DNA from: a virus
Length of the DNA: 60,311 nt
Strand: one strand, 5' to 3'
Virus record (IMG/VR): IMGVR_UViG_3300014348_000043
Span: 1 to 60,311 of that record
In this document: positions 33,635 through 42,405 of the stretch, piece after piece
Position numbering within the stretch: the stretch's first letter is position 1
Layout: the number at the start of each line of letters is the position of its first letter
Program-made: the position numbers and the translations under genes
The notes under the pieces: model-generated
What the model was told of the DNA's origin: nothing
The model's input: the letters and a program-made list of their open reading frames with translations, nothing else
The model's database searches: none

Positions 33635-34269
33635 TACGGAACCTCCTCGACGTATTCGAGTTTTCCGCTTCCGATTACAGAACGCTCTGATCGCCAGTCG
33701 TCCAAGATGTTGGCGTTGTTTCCGAGAATTGTCCCGTAGGAAGATTTTCTCTCGTTGTTCGAAAGCGAGTAGTCGAAGTCGATGCTGATCGCCCCCGGGA
33801 TTGAAATCCTCTGAACATCAGAGCCAAAGTTGAGGTCAACGCCCGCGATTTTTTTATTGTATCTCTCACTCACGATTGAGTCCAAGACAGCAAGAACGGG
33901 AGTCGGACAAGTAGCATACCCGGCAGAGTAGGTGACGATTGTCTCTTCGCAGAAAAAGAATCTGTCTTTGTCTGTTCGAGAGATCCTTCCCGTTGGCTTA
34001 TGAACACGGTAGGCCTCGTCGTCGAGAGATTCCCCGTCCTGTTCAACGTCAGAAACATTCACGACCGGGTAGTGATAAAGCTCAAGGATGCTGGAGGGGC
34101 GATTGTCTTCCCGGTAGAAAGTCTGGATGTAGGTTTTCTGGAGAAACTTTCGGCGGCAGTAGGCTTCAATCACATCCGAAATAAGAGTGATCTGCTGCGT
34201 GAGAAAAGCGTCATTGTCTGATGTCGTAATCCCAAGGCGGGATTTTACGTTCGCAAGGGTGTCTAGCAT
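33634..34269 (-). CDS. Head-tail connector (gp6-like) protein
   Basis: The N-terminus (MLDTLANVKSRLGITTSDNDAFLTQQITLISDVIEAYCRRKF) is the typical gp6-like adaptor signature. Confidence 0.7.
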   Translation of the reverse strand: MLDTLANVKSRLGITTSDNDAFLTQQITLISDVIEAYCRRKFLQKTYIQTFYREDNRPSSILELYHYPVVNVSDVEQDGESLDDEAYRVHKPTGRISRTDKDRFFFCEETIVTYSAGYATCPTPVLAVLDSIVSERYNKKIAGVDLNFGSDVQRISIPGAISIDFDYSLSNNERKSSYGTILGNNANILDDWRSERSVIGSGKLEYVEEVP

Positions 34270-34293
34270 GGTGTTGACTCCTAGAAGGATTAT

Positions 34294-34473
34294 TCACAAT
34301 AATTCTCCCCCTGTAAACATCTGGTCTAGTTCCAACGACCCCAAGAAATTTCCCACGACATCGGTCGAGATATTGTGGTGATCCAAAACCAATCTGACTT
34401 GACGTGGCGTCAAGGTTTTATTGATTTCCTGGAAATTTGATATAATGGACTCGACCTTTTCTTTTGAACTCAC
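34294..34473 (-). CDS. Hypothetical protein (59 aa)
   Basis: GTG 34473 overlaps the upstream stop as GTGA. The ORF-track start is 34512. Confidence 0.45.
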   Translation of the reverse strand: MSSKEKVESIISNFQEINKTLTPRQVRLVLDHHNISTDVVGNFLGSLELDQMFTGGELL

Positions 34474-35126
34474 CCAACTTTCAACTCCGTTTCTTTGGGG
34501 ACGCGCTCGCAAAGACCCTCATCGCTCATCCACTCCAAAGCTTCATAGATGTCGCGAACCCCAACCGTGTCGATGTCGGGCGGAAACTCGAAATTCTTTT
34601 CCCTTAACACTTCGACAAGTTTGCCCATTCCGAATTTTCTTTCAGAAAGTTTTTTGAGCACCACATTGCGCAAAGCAAGCTCGGAGCATTTTTGCGCAGC
34701 TTCGCCGGAAACAAAAGGATTTTTAACTCGCACGTTGAACCAAAAGCAAAGACGAACCCAAGCAATGCCAAGGTTTTCGCCCAGAGCATAGGGCGCACCC
34801 GACTGCAAAGAGCCATAGTTTTTGACTTCGCGATAGTCCTCTTCGTTGAATTCGAACTTGTAAAGCCTCAAAATTTCCGCGTGATCTTTGAAAAATGGTT
34901 CGCTTATCCACCGGATCATGGTTCCCGCAGCTTCGTTCACAAGATAGAACGGGCGCTTTGGGTGCGCGGGGTAGATGACAAAAACGTGCGAAGCAAAAAA
35001 CAATTGGAACCAAGTCTTCGGGTTCCAATTGTGCGTTGCTTCGGCCCAACGAATTATGAGCGAACCGATTTTCTTTTTGTCATGCGGACTTGAAAGCCCA
35101 ACAAACAAAATTCTTTTTTCGCTCAT
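34470..35126 (-). CDS. Putative permuted papain-fold (YiiX/C92, NlpC/P60-like) hydrolase
   Basis: The His context (ASHVFVIY...LVNEAAG) lies N-terminal to the Cys context (AAQKCSELALRNV), as in permuted NlpC/P60 enzymes. Recognised from memory only. Confidence 0.4.
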   Translation of the reverse strand: MSEKRILFVGLSSPHDKKKIGSLIIRWAEATHNWNPKTWFQLFFASHVFVIYPAHPKRPFYLVNEAAGTMIRWISEPFFKDHAEILRLYKFEFNEEDYREVKNYGSLQSGAPYALGENLGIAWVRLCFWFNVRVKNPFVSGEAAQKCSELALRNVVLKKLSERKFGMGKLVEVLREKNFEFPPDIDTVGVRDIYEALEWMSDEGLCERVPKETELKVG

Positions 35127-35135
35127 AAATCCCCT

Positions 35136-35501
35136 TTACGGCCAGCCAAGCCACGTTTTTATTTGAGTGATGACCCATTGTCTTCGCACCTCACTCACCC
35201 AATGAAGCGGCGAAGTCATGTCGTCGTTTTCACCATAGATCAAACAAAGACACGCGGTTTCAATGTCACCCGACACAATCATATTTTGAACGTCCACAAA
35301 AATCACACCCCCGCCAAGACCTGCGGGGAAAGTGACTTTCCATTCTCTGAGCCGTGAATGAAGCCAAGCGGCGTTGTACCATTGACAACTCTCGGAAATG
35401 TTTTTTTGTTTGAACGCAAGCATGAGGTTTGACCCGAATTCTTTTCGCGCTTCGTTGTCGGCCTTATAGCTTGCGTTTGAAAGATATTCTTCCCAATTCA
35501 T
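35136..35501 (-). CDS. Hypothetical protein (121 aa)
   Basis: ORF in the structural block. No motif recognised. Confidence 0.65.
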   Translation of the reverse strand: MNWEEYLSNASYKADNEARKEFGSNLMLAFKQKNISESCQWYNAAWLHSRLREWKVTFPAGLGGGVIFVDVQNMIVSGDIETACLCLIYGENDDMTSPLHWVSEVRRQWVITQIKTWLGWP

Positions 35502-36475
35502 TATCGCACCGCGCTTCGTTCCGCAGACAATGCAATCCAGTCATGCGACATATTCCGTTGGCTCGTTCCGACCGTTTTTTCAATTTTGGTTCCGGCACCC
35601 ATTGCGTTTGCAACGCCCGGCAAGTTCGGACTTGAAATGGTCGCAACCAAAACGCCGTCGATATAGAATCGCGCATTTTGTCCGTCGGAATCGAGTTGAA
35701 CTTCGTAGACGTGATAGTCAAGATCGGGTGAAATGCCAGTGTCAACCGAAGCAACTGTGACGCCCGCAACGCGGGAAACTGCAAGCCAACGCCCGCCGTT
35801 CACGAGATCCGTGTATGAGAAAAACAAACCGTTGGTGCCGTCACCTGCGCCGGAGAAAAAATCACCCATGCCGATTCGAGCAACAAAAGTTTCCACAACA
35901 CTTGAAACCGCTTCAAGAGCCACGCGAAAACGCGCCTTATATGCCGCAAGGGTTGGACGCCATATCGCGCCCGACACGGTTCCAAGTCCCGCCCGGCCCG
36001 TTGCGGTTGTTCCGGTGTCAACTTGGGTGACGCCGACTGCGTTGTTGATCGCGTCTTGTCCATAGGTTCCGGTTTGAACCGAAGCGCCCGTTCCGCTGAT
36101 AAACTGCGTGAACTCGCCGGAAACCGTTCCCCAAAAATCCGAAGCAAGTTGAAAAAGAAAGTCCATGTCGAGTTTTTGCAAAGACCGCTTCGAAGCTTTT
36201 TTGAATGTCGAAGCCGACACGTCTCTCAAATAAACGAAGTCATCGCTTGCCGGATCATTCTCGGCAATCGCTGCAATGATTGCAGCGTCGATAGCTGCGA
36301 CTGCGTCGGGGTCCGAATAGCTCGCGCCGGACTGATAGTCCACTACAACGCCCGCCGAGTTTTGAACTTTGAAGTGCCCATCTGTTGCGTCGACCCCAAA
36401 AAAGAAAGTTCCCGCCGCCGGGTTGGGGACAACGGGAAAAGACGCGACACCCACTGAGTTGAAAATTCCGTTCAT
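35501..36475 (-). CDS. Fibre/appendage-like structural protein (324 aa)
   Basis: The N-terminus (FPVVPNPAAGTFFFGVDATDGHFKVQNSAGVV) is fibre-like. The rest is G/A/T/V-rich. Confidence 0.5.
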   Translation of the reverse strand: MNGIFNSVGVASFPVVPNPAAGTFFFGVDATDGHFKVQNSAGVVVDYQSGASYSDPDAVAAIDAAIIAAIAENDPASDDFVYLRDVSASTFKKASKRSLQKLDMDFLFQLASDFWGTVSGEFTQFISGTGASVQTGTYGQDAINNAVGVTQVDTGTTATGRAGLGTVSGAIWRPTLAAYKARFRVALEAVSSVVETFVARIGMGDFFSGAGDGTNGLFFSYTDLVNGGRWLAVSRVAGVTVASVDTGISPDLDYHVYEVQLDSDGQNARFYIDGVLVATISSPNLPGVANAMGAGTKIEKTVGTSQRNMSHDWIALSAERSAVR

Positions 36476-36476
36476 A

Positions 36477-37190
36477 TTATATCTCCCCTAAAATTAGTTG
36501 ACCAAAATTTTGCAATTGACCGCTCATGACAAGATGTCTTGGCAAGAACATCAATCGGTTGTTTTTGATTTTGAATGTTTCACCTGCGTCGATCTTATAG
36601 GGCGGCAAAAAGTCGTCCTCTAAGTCCGTCGGAACTTCACCGCTCAAAAGCGCAAGCGAGCCTTCGAGTTTCAATGTTCCAAAGTTTTTCACCATTCCAA
36701 CGACAACCATTTGTTGTCGAACGGGAACGGTCTTTGTTTCGCCGCCTAGAATTTCGCGATGAGAATAGTTATCCCCTGGAGGCACAATGCTTTGATCGGG
36801 GTCGTCTTGAAAGATTTTGGTTACGTTCATTTCGCCAAAATTCTTGAGCACCCCAAAATTCACAAACGAGCCAAAGACATTCATTTGTTGATTTTGTGGG
36901 ATTGTTTTTTCCTCGCCCGCTTCGATTTTGGAATAGGAAAAATTGTCCGGTGGAAGTTCCGGAAACGGCGGGGACGGAGTGTCTGAGTCCTCAATGTCGA
37001 TGAGAATAGTTTCACCGAAATTGTTGAATTGTCCCTCGACAACAAGAGCCCCCGACAAAAGCATTTGTTGATCTTGGGGAACAACAACGGTTTCGCCGGG
37101 ACTCACGCGTTTGATTGAAAAATTCTTATCACTCTCAATTGAAATGAGCTTTTGACGGCCTGAATCAAGAGTGACAACTTTTTGAATCAT
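36477..37190 (-). CDS. Repeat-containing structural protein (four repeats of about 55-60 aa)
   Basis: Recurring unit P.(D/N/R)QQM...G....(N/K)NFG: PQDQQMLLSGALVVEGQFNNFGETIL; PQNQQMNVFGSFVNFGVLKNFGEMNV; PVRQQMVVVGMVKNFGTLKLEG; LMFLPRHLVMSGQLQNFGQLIL. Confidence 0.6.
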   Translation of the reverse strand: MIQKVVTLDSGRQKLISIESDKNFSIKRVSPGETVVVPQDQQMLLSGALVVEGQFNNFGETILIDIEDSDTPSPPFPELPPDNFSYSKIEAGEEKTIPQNQQMNVFGSFVNFGVLKNFGEMNVTKIFQDDPDQSIVPPGDNYSHREILGGETKTVPVRQQMVVVGMVKNFGTLKLEGSLALLSGEVPTDLEDDFLPPYKIDAGETFKIKNNRLMFLPRHLVMSGQLQNFGQLILGEI

Positions 37191-37681
37191 AGAACGATTG
37201 CGTCCTCGATGTCCGTGTTGATTTCAGTGGCACTCACTGCAATCCCCAAGAATTGATGAATCACGTCCGCTGGAAGCACGGGCGGAGTTTCTTGGATGCC
37301 GCCGGAAGCCGACAAGTATTGACGGGCACCGATTGTGCGGCCTGAAACGCCGGGGTTTCCGCCTTCAAAATAAACCGTTCCCGAAGCCGCAGACAAAACC
37401 GCAGACTTGACGAATCCGTGGGCCGGGCGGTCGTTTGTGGAATCGGCTTTACGGATCTTTCGAACGCCGCCGTCATTCCAGATATTCACATAGTCGCCCG
37501 CGCCCAAAGCTTCCGAAGCAACGATTGAAGTCACGTCTTGAGCGGGAAGCATCGTCGGGTCAATTTTCCCCCCGGCATCGAGTGCCACGATTTTCCCGGC
37601 ATCTGCTGCGCCCGCCGAAGTGACTTGAGCTTCGCGCATTGTCTCGCGACCGCCCACAAGTGTTTGATATTTGTCCGCCAT
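37187..37681 (-). CDS. Fibre-like protein (164 aa)
   Basis: Contains the motif GKIVALDAGGKIDPTMLP, common in phage fibre N-termini. Paralogous in layout to 37691..38209. Confidence 0.5.
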   Translation of the reverse strand: MADKYQTLVGGRETMREAQVTSAGAADAGKIVALDAGGKIDPTMLPAQDVTSIVASEALGAGDYVNIWNDGGVRKIRKADSTNDRPAHGFVKSAVLSAASGTVYFEGGNPGVSGRTIGARQYLSASGGIQETPPVLPADVIHQFLGIAVSATEINTDIEDAIVL

Positions 37682-37690
37682 AAATTCCTC

Positions 37691-38209
37691 CTAGAGCTGA
37701 ATTGGTTCCTCAATTTTTATAAAAATGCTTCCTGTTGCCAGACTGTGACCAATTTTTGTTCGAGTCCCGGACTCAGGGACAGTAGAACTCGCAGACCCAC
37801 TCTCCGTCAAAAATAAAGATGCCGAGACCGGAAAAGAAAAAAATGGGTCGTCTAGTTTCCCGAAAAGTAAAACTCGTATGTTCTCATCTTCTTGGGCCGA
37901 AGAGATTGTAATCCCTATGACTACAGAGGATTCATATTGGGCAGAACTTGCGACAAGGACCTTCTCGTTTGGGCCCATGAAAACAAACTTTAAGGCAGAA
38001 ATAATTTCCCCCGCCGTAAATAGCGCCTCTAGTTTCTGAGCAGAGTCAGCAGTGCCCGCGCCCGGTATAAGAGAGGGGTCGATGTATCCGTCAGATCTAG
38101 TTTTTACGGGAGACTGGACCCCCGTGTTTGTGCTCTTAAAGTCAGAGGGGGTGTAGACTTCAATCTCGGTAGTCTGATTTTGTTGATTCTTTGTAAGAAC
38201 CTTTTGCAT
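37691..38209 (-). CDS. Fibre-like protein (172 aa)
   Basis: Contains RSDGYIDPSLIPGAG. The C-terminal half is similar in character to that of 37187..37681. Confidence 0.5.
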   Translation of the reverse strand: MQKVLTKNQQNQTTEIEVYTPSDFKSTNTGVQSPVKTRSDGYIDPSLIPGAGTADSAQKLEALFTAGEIISALKFVFMGPNEKVLVASSAQYESSVVIGITISSAQEDENIRVLLFGKLDDPFFSFPVSASLFLTESGSASSTVPESGTRTKIGHSLATGSIFIKIEEPIQL

Positions 38210-40125
38210 TATGCCCTCAGTACTCTCTCGCCCCTTGAGTAAAATAATCTTGTGCTACTATAAGGCTGGCCGATCTTCACAAGAACTGTTCCCGGAGTAC
38301 TCGGGGCATTGAGTATTGTAACAATTCTTCCTGGGTCAATGTCACTAAGGTAATATTCCTCTGACAAGTCTAGTCCAAGATAGTTTTCAGGAGAAACTCC
38401 CGCAATTCGGATGTCGCACAAAGTTGGGCTGGACTTAGACTCGACAATGCCTATGACGTTCGAATTTTCTATACCATCGGCCAATGCGTTCACCGCAACA
38501 GAGTCATAGGTGTAGGCTGCCATCACTAAAAGAATAGAAAGATTTGGCCATGCAGACATTGTAATTTCTGTGGGGTTGTCCTCCTCCATGATAACAGCCG
38601 CCCCGACGTAAACATCAGACTCACAAGGAATATTCTCCAGAACTTCAGCGGTACTTCCTCCGCTGCTCCCAGAAATTGCGACAGTGACTTTGTTTCCAGC
38701 TTTCGTTGCGGTAACTCCGGCCCCGACAAAATCTATTTCCGTTGCAGTTCCGAGAGAAACTCCCTCGTCGGAAAAGTCGATGCTAGCTTTTAATGAATCA
38801 AGCCACTCGATTTCAGTTCCGACGAAACCATTTTCTACGGCAATTTCGTAGGCTGACTTTCCGTCTTCCCCGTCTTGTCCCGATCCCCCAGAGCCACCTC
38901 CGCCGGAGCCGCCGCCTCCCGCAGAAATGTAGACGTTTTGTCTTTGCTCCGGAATGTCAAAAGGATTGGCTCGGATTTCAGATCCGTCAGAGAATTCAAA
39001 AACAAGTTCTACTTCGGAGCCCGACTGCTCTGTTCGAATGTCAGTCACAAATGGAGCATCTGCCCCATCCCGACCATCGACTGCAACAGCGTCACGCCCG
39101 GCGGGACCCTGGGGGCCGATAGCACCGACGGGGCCAGGAAGTCCACGAGGACCCATCGGTCCCCGGTCTCCTGTTTCACCCTTTGCTCCGCGCTGGCCTC
39201 TGGCTCCACGCGCACCGCGAAGTTCAATTTTATTTTCATCTGTCAGGTCTTCAAAACGAAGACGAAGGGAGTTCTTTTCCTCGTCAGTGAGCTGAGAGAA
39301 TTTCAGTTTGAGAGAGTCGACTTCTTCTGGACTAAAGTCGGAAAACTTAGGTTTCAAGCTTTCAAAGAATTCTCGGTGCTCGTCAAAGACAAAGTCTTTT
39401 CCGTCCCGGCCATCTCGCCCCCGGGGGCCACGCAATGACTGAATGTCTTCATCAGTCAAATCTGAGAATTTAAGTTTTAGAGAATCTGAGAAGTCTTTGA
39501 TGAGATTTCGGCAGCTCTCAAGGATCTCAGAGCTGTGTTCCTCAAAGACAAAATCTTTTCCGTCCCGGCCATCTTTTCCGGCTCGTCCCGCTGGGCCGCG
39601 AAGCGCAGAAATTTGTTCTTCGGTGAGGTCTTCGAACTTGAAACGGAACTCTTCGGCCAAAGAACGAAGCGGGGGGAGAACATCTTCAACTGAAAAATCT
39701 TTCCCATCAGACCCATCGCGCCCGTTTCGGCCATCGCGGCCAGCAGGCCCCCGAAGCGCAGAGATTTGTTCTTCAGTAAGGTCTTCGAACTTGAAACGGT
39801 TTTCTTCTGCCAGAGATTTTAGGGAGGGGAGAACATCTTCAACTGAAAAATCTTTCCCGTCTTTGCCGTTTCGGCCATCGCGGCCAGCAGGTCCCCGAAG
39901 CGCAGAGATTTGTTCTTCAGTGAGGTCTTCGAACTTGAAACGAAACTCTTCTACAAGAGCTTTGATCTTGTCAGCGTGTTCTTCAAAATTAAAGTCTTTG
40001 CCGTTTCGGCCATCGCGGCCACGGGGTCCGCGCTTTGCCCGGAACTGCTCAATGTCTTTGGAGAGGGCCGAGATCCTCTCCTCAAACTTTTTAACAAGCA
40101 GTGCGACTAGGACTTCATTTTCCAC
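38209..40125 (-). CDS. Collagen-like repeat protein (638 aa)
   Basis: Tandem modules of about 48-51 aa (FKFEDLTEEQISALRGPAGRDGRNGKDGKDFSVEDVLPSLKSLAEE...), then an uninterrupted Gly-X-Y run (GARGARGQRGAKGETGDRGPMGPRGLPGPVGAIGPQGPAGRD), a GGGGSGGGGSGGSG linker and a C-terminal globular domain. Confidence 0.8.
   Translation of the reverse strand: MENEVLVALLVKKFEERISALSKDIEQFRAKRGPRGRDGRNGKDFNFEEHADKIKALVEEFRFKFEDLTEEQISALRGPAGRDGRNGKDGKDFSVEDVLPSLKSLAEENRFKFEDLTEEQISALRGPAGRDGRNGRDGSDGKDFSVEDVLPPLRSLAEEFRFKFEDLTEEQISALRGPAGRAGKDGRDGKDFVFEEHSSEILESCRNLIKDFSDSLKLKFSDLTDEDIQSLRGPRGRDGRDGKDFVFDEHREFFESLKPKFSDFSPEEVDSLKLKFSQLTDEEKNSLRLRFEDLTDENKIELRGARGARGQRGAKGETGDRGPMGPRGLPGPVGAIGPQGPAGRDAVAVDGRDGADAPFVTDIRTEQSGSEVELVFEFSDGSEIRANPFDIPEQRQNVYISAGGGGSGGGGSGGSGQDGEDGKSAYEIAVENGFVGTEIEWLDSLKASIDFSDEGVSLGTATEIDFVGAGVTATKAGNKVTVAISGSSGGSTAEVLENIPCESDVYVGAAVIMEEDNPTEITMSAWPNLSILLVMAAYTYDSVAVNALADGIENSNVIGIVESKSSPTLCDIRIAGVSPENYLGLDLSEEYYLSDIDPGRIVTILNAPSTPGTVLVKIGQPYSSTRLFYSRGERVLRA
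39230..40040. repeat. Coding tandem repeats inside the collagen-like gene
   Basis: Near-identical DNA copies begin near 39596, 39749 and 39893 (ccgaagcgcagaRatttgttcttcRgtRaggtcttcgaacttgaaacg), spaced 153 and 144 nt apart. More diverged copies lie on both sides. Confidence 0.8.
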
Positions 40126-40133
40126 TACAAGCC

Positions 40134-41414
40134 TTATTCTTTCTCGGTGAGAAATTTAATTGCTGCGGCCTGAAGATCTATTTCTTGTCGAGGAGTTTGT
40201 TCCTGGGTCTTTGTCTTCTGTGTGATGTCCGCGTCAATGATTTCATCCATGCGGTTCACAGGTGTAAAATTGTTTGTGGCAACGTAGTAGTTGTCGCCCA
40301 TCTTTCCGTATCCGGGAAGTCCTTCTTTTGCCCGGATTTGGTTTGGAGTCATAGCTGCAACTGACATCATGGCTTTGAAGTAGTCAGAGCGAGATTTCAT
40401 GTCGCCGCGAAAAATCGAGTAAAGGTCGATGTCCGTGTATCTTCCTCCGAAGCGGTTGTTGAGAAGCTTCACGTCGGCCTCGATCTCGAGATTTGTTGCC
40501 CATGTGTCAAGAGTGTCTGTCGCAACTTCTAAGTTGGATTGCTCGACGTTGGAATAAGTCGAAGCTGTCACGTCAAAAAGCTTTGTTGGCGGAACGCCAA
40601 GGAACCGAGCAATCTCAAGAACTCCGAACTGACGAGACTGTAAGAACTGGAGAGTCTCAGAGTTCACGCTGATCGGAGCGTAGTCCATTCCTTCCTCGAG
40701 AATGGAAGTCGATCCTGATTTCTTTCCGCCTTGTTGCTCGGCCCACGACTCTTTCAGACGTTTGTAGGCTTCATCGGACAGCTTTCCGGGGTGTTTTAGA
40801 ATTCCACTCGGGATGCCAGAATTATGAAAAATACCAGCAGCCATATTATCAGCAGCAATTTGGATTCCGAGAACCTCTCGCCCATAGGATACAACCCCCT
40901 GGCCAGTCAGTCCGTCTTTGATGTGAAAGTTCGGAAGATGGTAAATATCTCGCGGAGAAAAATAGATGTAGCCGCCGCTTGGGTCAGCGTATCGGTACAC
41001 AAGAGCTTGGGAGTCCGTGCGAACAAGTTCCATTCTCCAGCTTTCGAGCTGCCAAAGGGCAATTGGCCTTCCGGCCCCATCCCGCTCGATTTCTGCAAAA
41101 GCATTTCCATGGATGATTGCTTGTTGGACCATCGACAAACGCCAGCGAAAAGAATTTGTCTCCTGGTTTGGGCGAAGGTTCAGAAGGGTCGATACACCTT
41201 CTCTAACCAAATTGTTATCGGCGTCTTTTACATCCCAAGGAAGTTTTGCGATTTGGCTGGAGATATAAATCAGGCCTCGGTAGAAGGCGGCGACTTGCAT
41301 CGAGCTGTCTTCGTTTACGACCGTGTTTGCCCGGGCCCAGAAAGGACGACGAGGCCCAAAGATGTTTCTGCCAGTGGTGCTTACTCGGGACCAGATTCTT
41401 TGGATGAAATTCAT
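40134..41414 (-). CDS. Portal protein (HK97 family)
   Basis: 426 aa. Contains VAAFYRGLIYISSQIAKLPWDV..., NAFAEIERDGAGRPIALW and other portal-like blocks. Confidence 0.8.
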   Translation of the reverse strand: MNFIQRIWSRVSTTGRNIFGPRRPFWARANTVVNEDSSMQVAAFYRGLIYISSQIAKLPWDVKDADNNLVREGVSTLLNLRPNQETNSFRWRLSMVQQAIIHGNAFAEIERDGAGRPIALWQLESWRMELVRTDSQALVYRYADPSGGYIYFSPRDIYHLPNFHIKDGLTGQGVVSYGREVLGIQIAADNMAAGIFHNSGIPSGILKHPGKLSDEAYKRLKESWAEQQGGKKSGSTSILEEGMDYAPISVNSETLQFLQSRQFGVLEIARFLGVPPTKLFDVTASTYSNVEQSNLEVATDTLDTWATNLEIEADVKLLNNRFGGRYTDIDLYSIFRGDMKSRSDYFKAMMSVAAMTPNQIRAKEGLPGYGKMGDNYYVATNNFTPVNRMDEIIDADITQKTKTQEQTPRQEIDLQAAAIKFLTEKE

Positions 41415-41432
41415 GCGGGCCTCGTCTTTTAA

Positions 41433-41771
41433 TTACTCTTCAAAGTCCAAGATTTCGTCTGAGAAATTTTCTTCTTTTTCTTCAGGGACTTCAACTTCTG
41501 GTTTTTCTTGTCCGACCAAAAAGCTCGGATCTGCTGGCTTCTGTTCTGGCATAGGAATTGTCCCCTCGACAATTTCTCCGCCGCGTTTGACCCATCGCTG
41601 AATCCAAGAAGAACCTTCCATTTCATAGACCTCTCCGGATTTAAAAATCGGAGTATTGAGGTCGTTGTAGAATTTGTCTTCTTTGAAGCGCATCAAAACT
41701 TTTTCCGACTTATCCAGTTCGGCAAGTTTTTCTTTTTGTTGTTTCTTTTCTTCTCGTTTTTTCTTGCTCAT
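41433..41771 (-). CDS. Hypothetical charged protein (112 aa)
   Basis: ORF with a K/E-rich N-terminus. Lies between the capsid-associated gene and the portal. Confidence 0.65.
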   Translation of the reverse strand: MSKKKREEKKQQKEKLAELDKSEKVLMRFKEDKFYNDLNTPIFKSGEVYEMEGSSWIQRWVKRGGEIVEGTIPMPEQKPADPSFLVGQEKPEVEVPEEKEENFSDEILDFEE

Positions 41772-41849
41772 GAATATCTCCTAAAAGAAACGGGGGCATG
41801 GTGCCCCCGTATGGCTCATCAACACAAGTTGGAAGCCTCGTCAGATTCC

Positions 41850-42329
41850 TTAGACAACTTGCGAGTAAGCAGGCATGAATTCGCTCATGCCGAGGGCTAC
41901 AACTGTGCCCAGTTGTGCGCCGCCGCTGTCCGCGATGTCCATAGAAACCCAGCGACAGTCTGAGCGAAGTTGCTCAGGCAAAACTTCGAAAACTACAATC
42001 GACACGCTGTCGCCAAGCAAAGCGTGGAGATCGTAGGCCGCTGCTTCCACAGTCGGGGCAACTTTAGTGTAGCTCGTTGCAGCTCCGATTTTGTGGAAGT
42101 AGGGGTTCGCAACTTCGAGGTTGTACGAGTTGCCTGCGGTGGCAGCATCGTGCTGTCGAAGTGTGAAGGTGTGGGTTGTTGTCGAAGTTCCTGCCGCCAA
42201 GATGACCAAGAAAGAAACACGGTCCATGTTTCGGATGTCAAATCGAGCGCCAGTTACCGCTGCGGTGTTGAGGTCCACGGGACCTGCGACTGTTTTTGCA
42301 ATCGCCTTTTCTGCCAAAAGTTTGTTCAT
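41850..42329 (-). CDS. Possible head decoration/accessory protein (called from position only)
   Basis: 159-aa ORF directly downstream of the major capsid gene. Confidence 0.35.
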   Translation of the reverse strand: MNKLLAEKAIAKTVAGPVDLNTAAVTGARFDIRNMDRVSFLVILAAGTSTTTHTFTLRQHDAATAGNSYNLEVANPYFHKIGAATSYTKVAPTVEAAAYDLHALLGDSVSIVVFEVLPEQLRSDCRWVSMDIADSGGAQLGTVVALGMSEFMPAYSQVV

Positions 42330-42364
42330 TTTTTACTCCTAAAAATTTTGAGCCCTGTTTTAAA

Positions 42365-42396
42365 CACTCAGGCGCTTTGGGCAAAACGCCTGAGTG
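42365..42396 (-). terminator. 10-bp hairpin after the major capsid gene
   Basis: The minus strand reads CACUCAGGCG-UUUUGCCCAAAG-CGCCUGAGUG followed by UUUAAAAC. The U tract is short. Confidence 0.5.
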
Positions 42397-42405
42397 GTCT
42401 CAGCT

